Both the position numbers and the translations under genes were made by a program. Positions 63,349 to 64,000 of a stretch of DNA of 64,000 nucleotides are shown here, piece by piece; position 1 is the first letter of the stretch, and the number at the start of each line of letters is the position of its first letter. Where the stretch lies: NCBI RefSeq assembly GCF_963921235.1, contig NC_086097.1, positions 110,238,001-110,302,000 on the forward strand, written 5' to 3'. The DNA is from Mobula hypostoma (lineage: Eukaryota). Below the pieces are notes generated by a model. That model was not told the DNA's origin. It worked only from the letters and a program-made list of their open reading frames with translations, and searched no databases.

Positions 63349-64000
63349 TGTCATGGTCCGGATCGGGGTCCCTTTAAATTTACCTTGTTTATGTTACGAT
63401 CCAGACTGTTGATTCCCTGTTTTCCCGTGTCCCTTGGCTTTGGTGATTAGAGGCAATTAGCGCCTGGCTGAACCGGTAGTTTATAGTCTCCGGCTTTCAG
63501 CTGTTCGGCGCGGGAGCGTCTGCAAAGTCATCAAAGGTACAGTGTGCCGATGTCATCTGGCCGGAGCAAGCCTAGTCTCTGCCGAAGCGAGTGCCGGTAA
63601 TTCGCCCTTCCTCACCGGAGAAACGCAGTCCAGTTACCTCGCTGAAATGAGCCTGCAAAGTTTCCTCATCAAGGTGAGTCCGTCAGTTAACCCGCCGGAG
63701 AGAATCAGGAGCCGCTGTCTACTGTTCCCGGGCCGAGTCGAGAGCTCACCACTACCCGGAGGCTCCAAGTCAAGTCCTGGCTCCAGGGGCATTCAAGTAC
63801 CAAGTCAAGTCCTGGCCCTGGCAATCTGTGATTTCTGTCCTACCCCCCTGTCTGAATGCCTTCTCTGACCCTCTCGCCTCTAGCCCTCGTCTGCAGCCCT
63901 CGCCTGCACCTCGGTCTAGTTCTATTGCCGGAGCTAGATAGGTACTGTCTGGTGTTCTTTCGTGTTGGTCTTGTCTTGTCCTTGCCTCCGTGGGGTAGGT
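63349..64000 (+). mobile_element. LTR of the same family as 16541-17698, cut by the window end
   Basis: Starts TGTCATGGTCCGGATCGGGG; collinear with the reverse complement of 17698 backwards. Confidence 0.9.

Overview
Non-coding, transposon-saturated vertebrate genomic DNA, most likely from a cartilaginous fish (shark or ray). This is inferred from the HER1/CR1-type LINEs with short tandem tails, HE1-type V-SINEs, Rex1-type LINEs and Penelope-type tails. No intact host gene was recognised. The window is a stack of nested elements: a chromovirus-type Gypsy (411-5846), a Gmr1-type integrase-before-RT Gypsy (12704-18879), a Mag-type Gypsy (about 32972-38281), solo LTRs, many CR1, Rex1, RTE and Penelope fragments, two Tigger/pogo elements and a Chapaev3-type DNA transposon split by a full-length CR1. 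The most notable structure is the Mag-type LTR element, whose RT/RNase H/integrase core is replaced by an intronless copy of the RRM-coding part of the splicing-factor gene RBM25 followed by a CR1 piece, which suggests LTR-mediated mRNA capture. Also notable are the Gmr1-type element that kept an open integrase while losing parts of every other domain, hammerhead- and HDV-like ribozyme remnants in retroelements, and a few TE-free islands that may be conserved non-coding elements. All family names come from motif recognition; no database search was run, and coordinates of old fragments are approximate.
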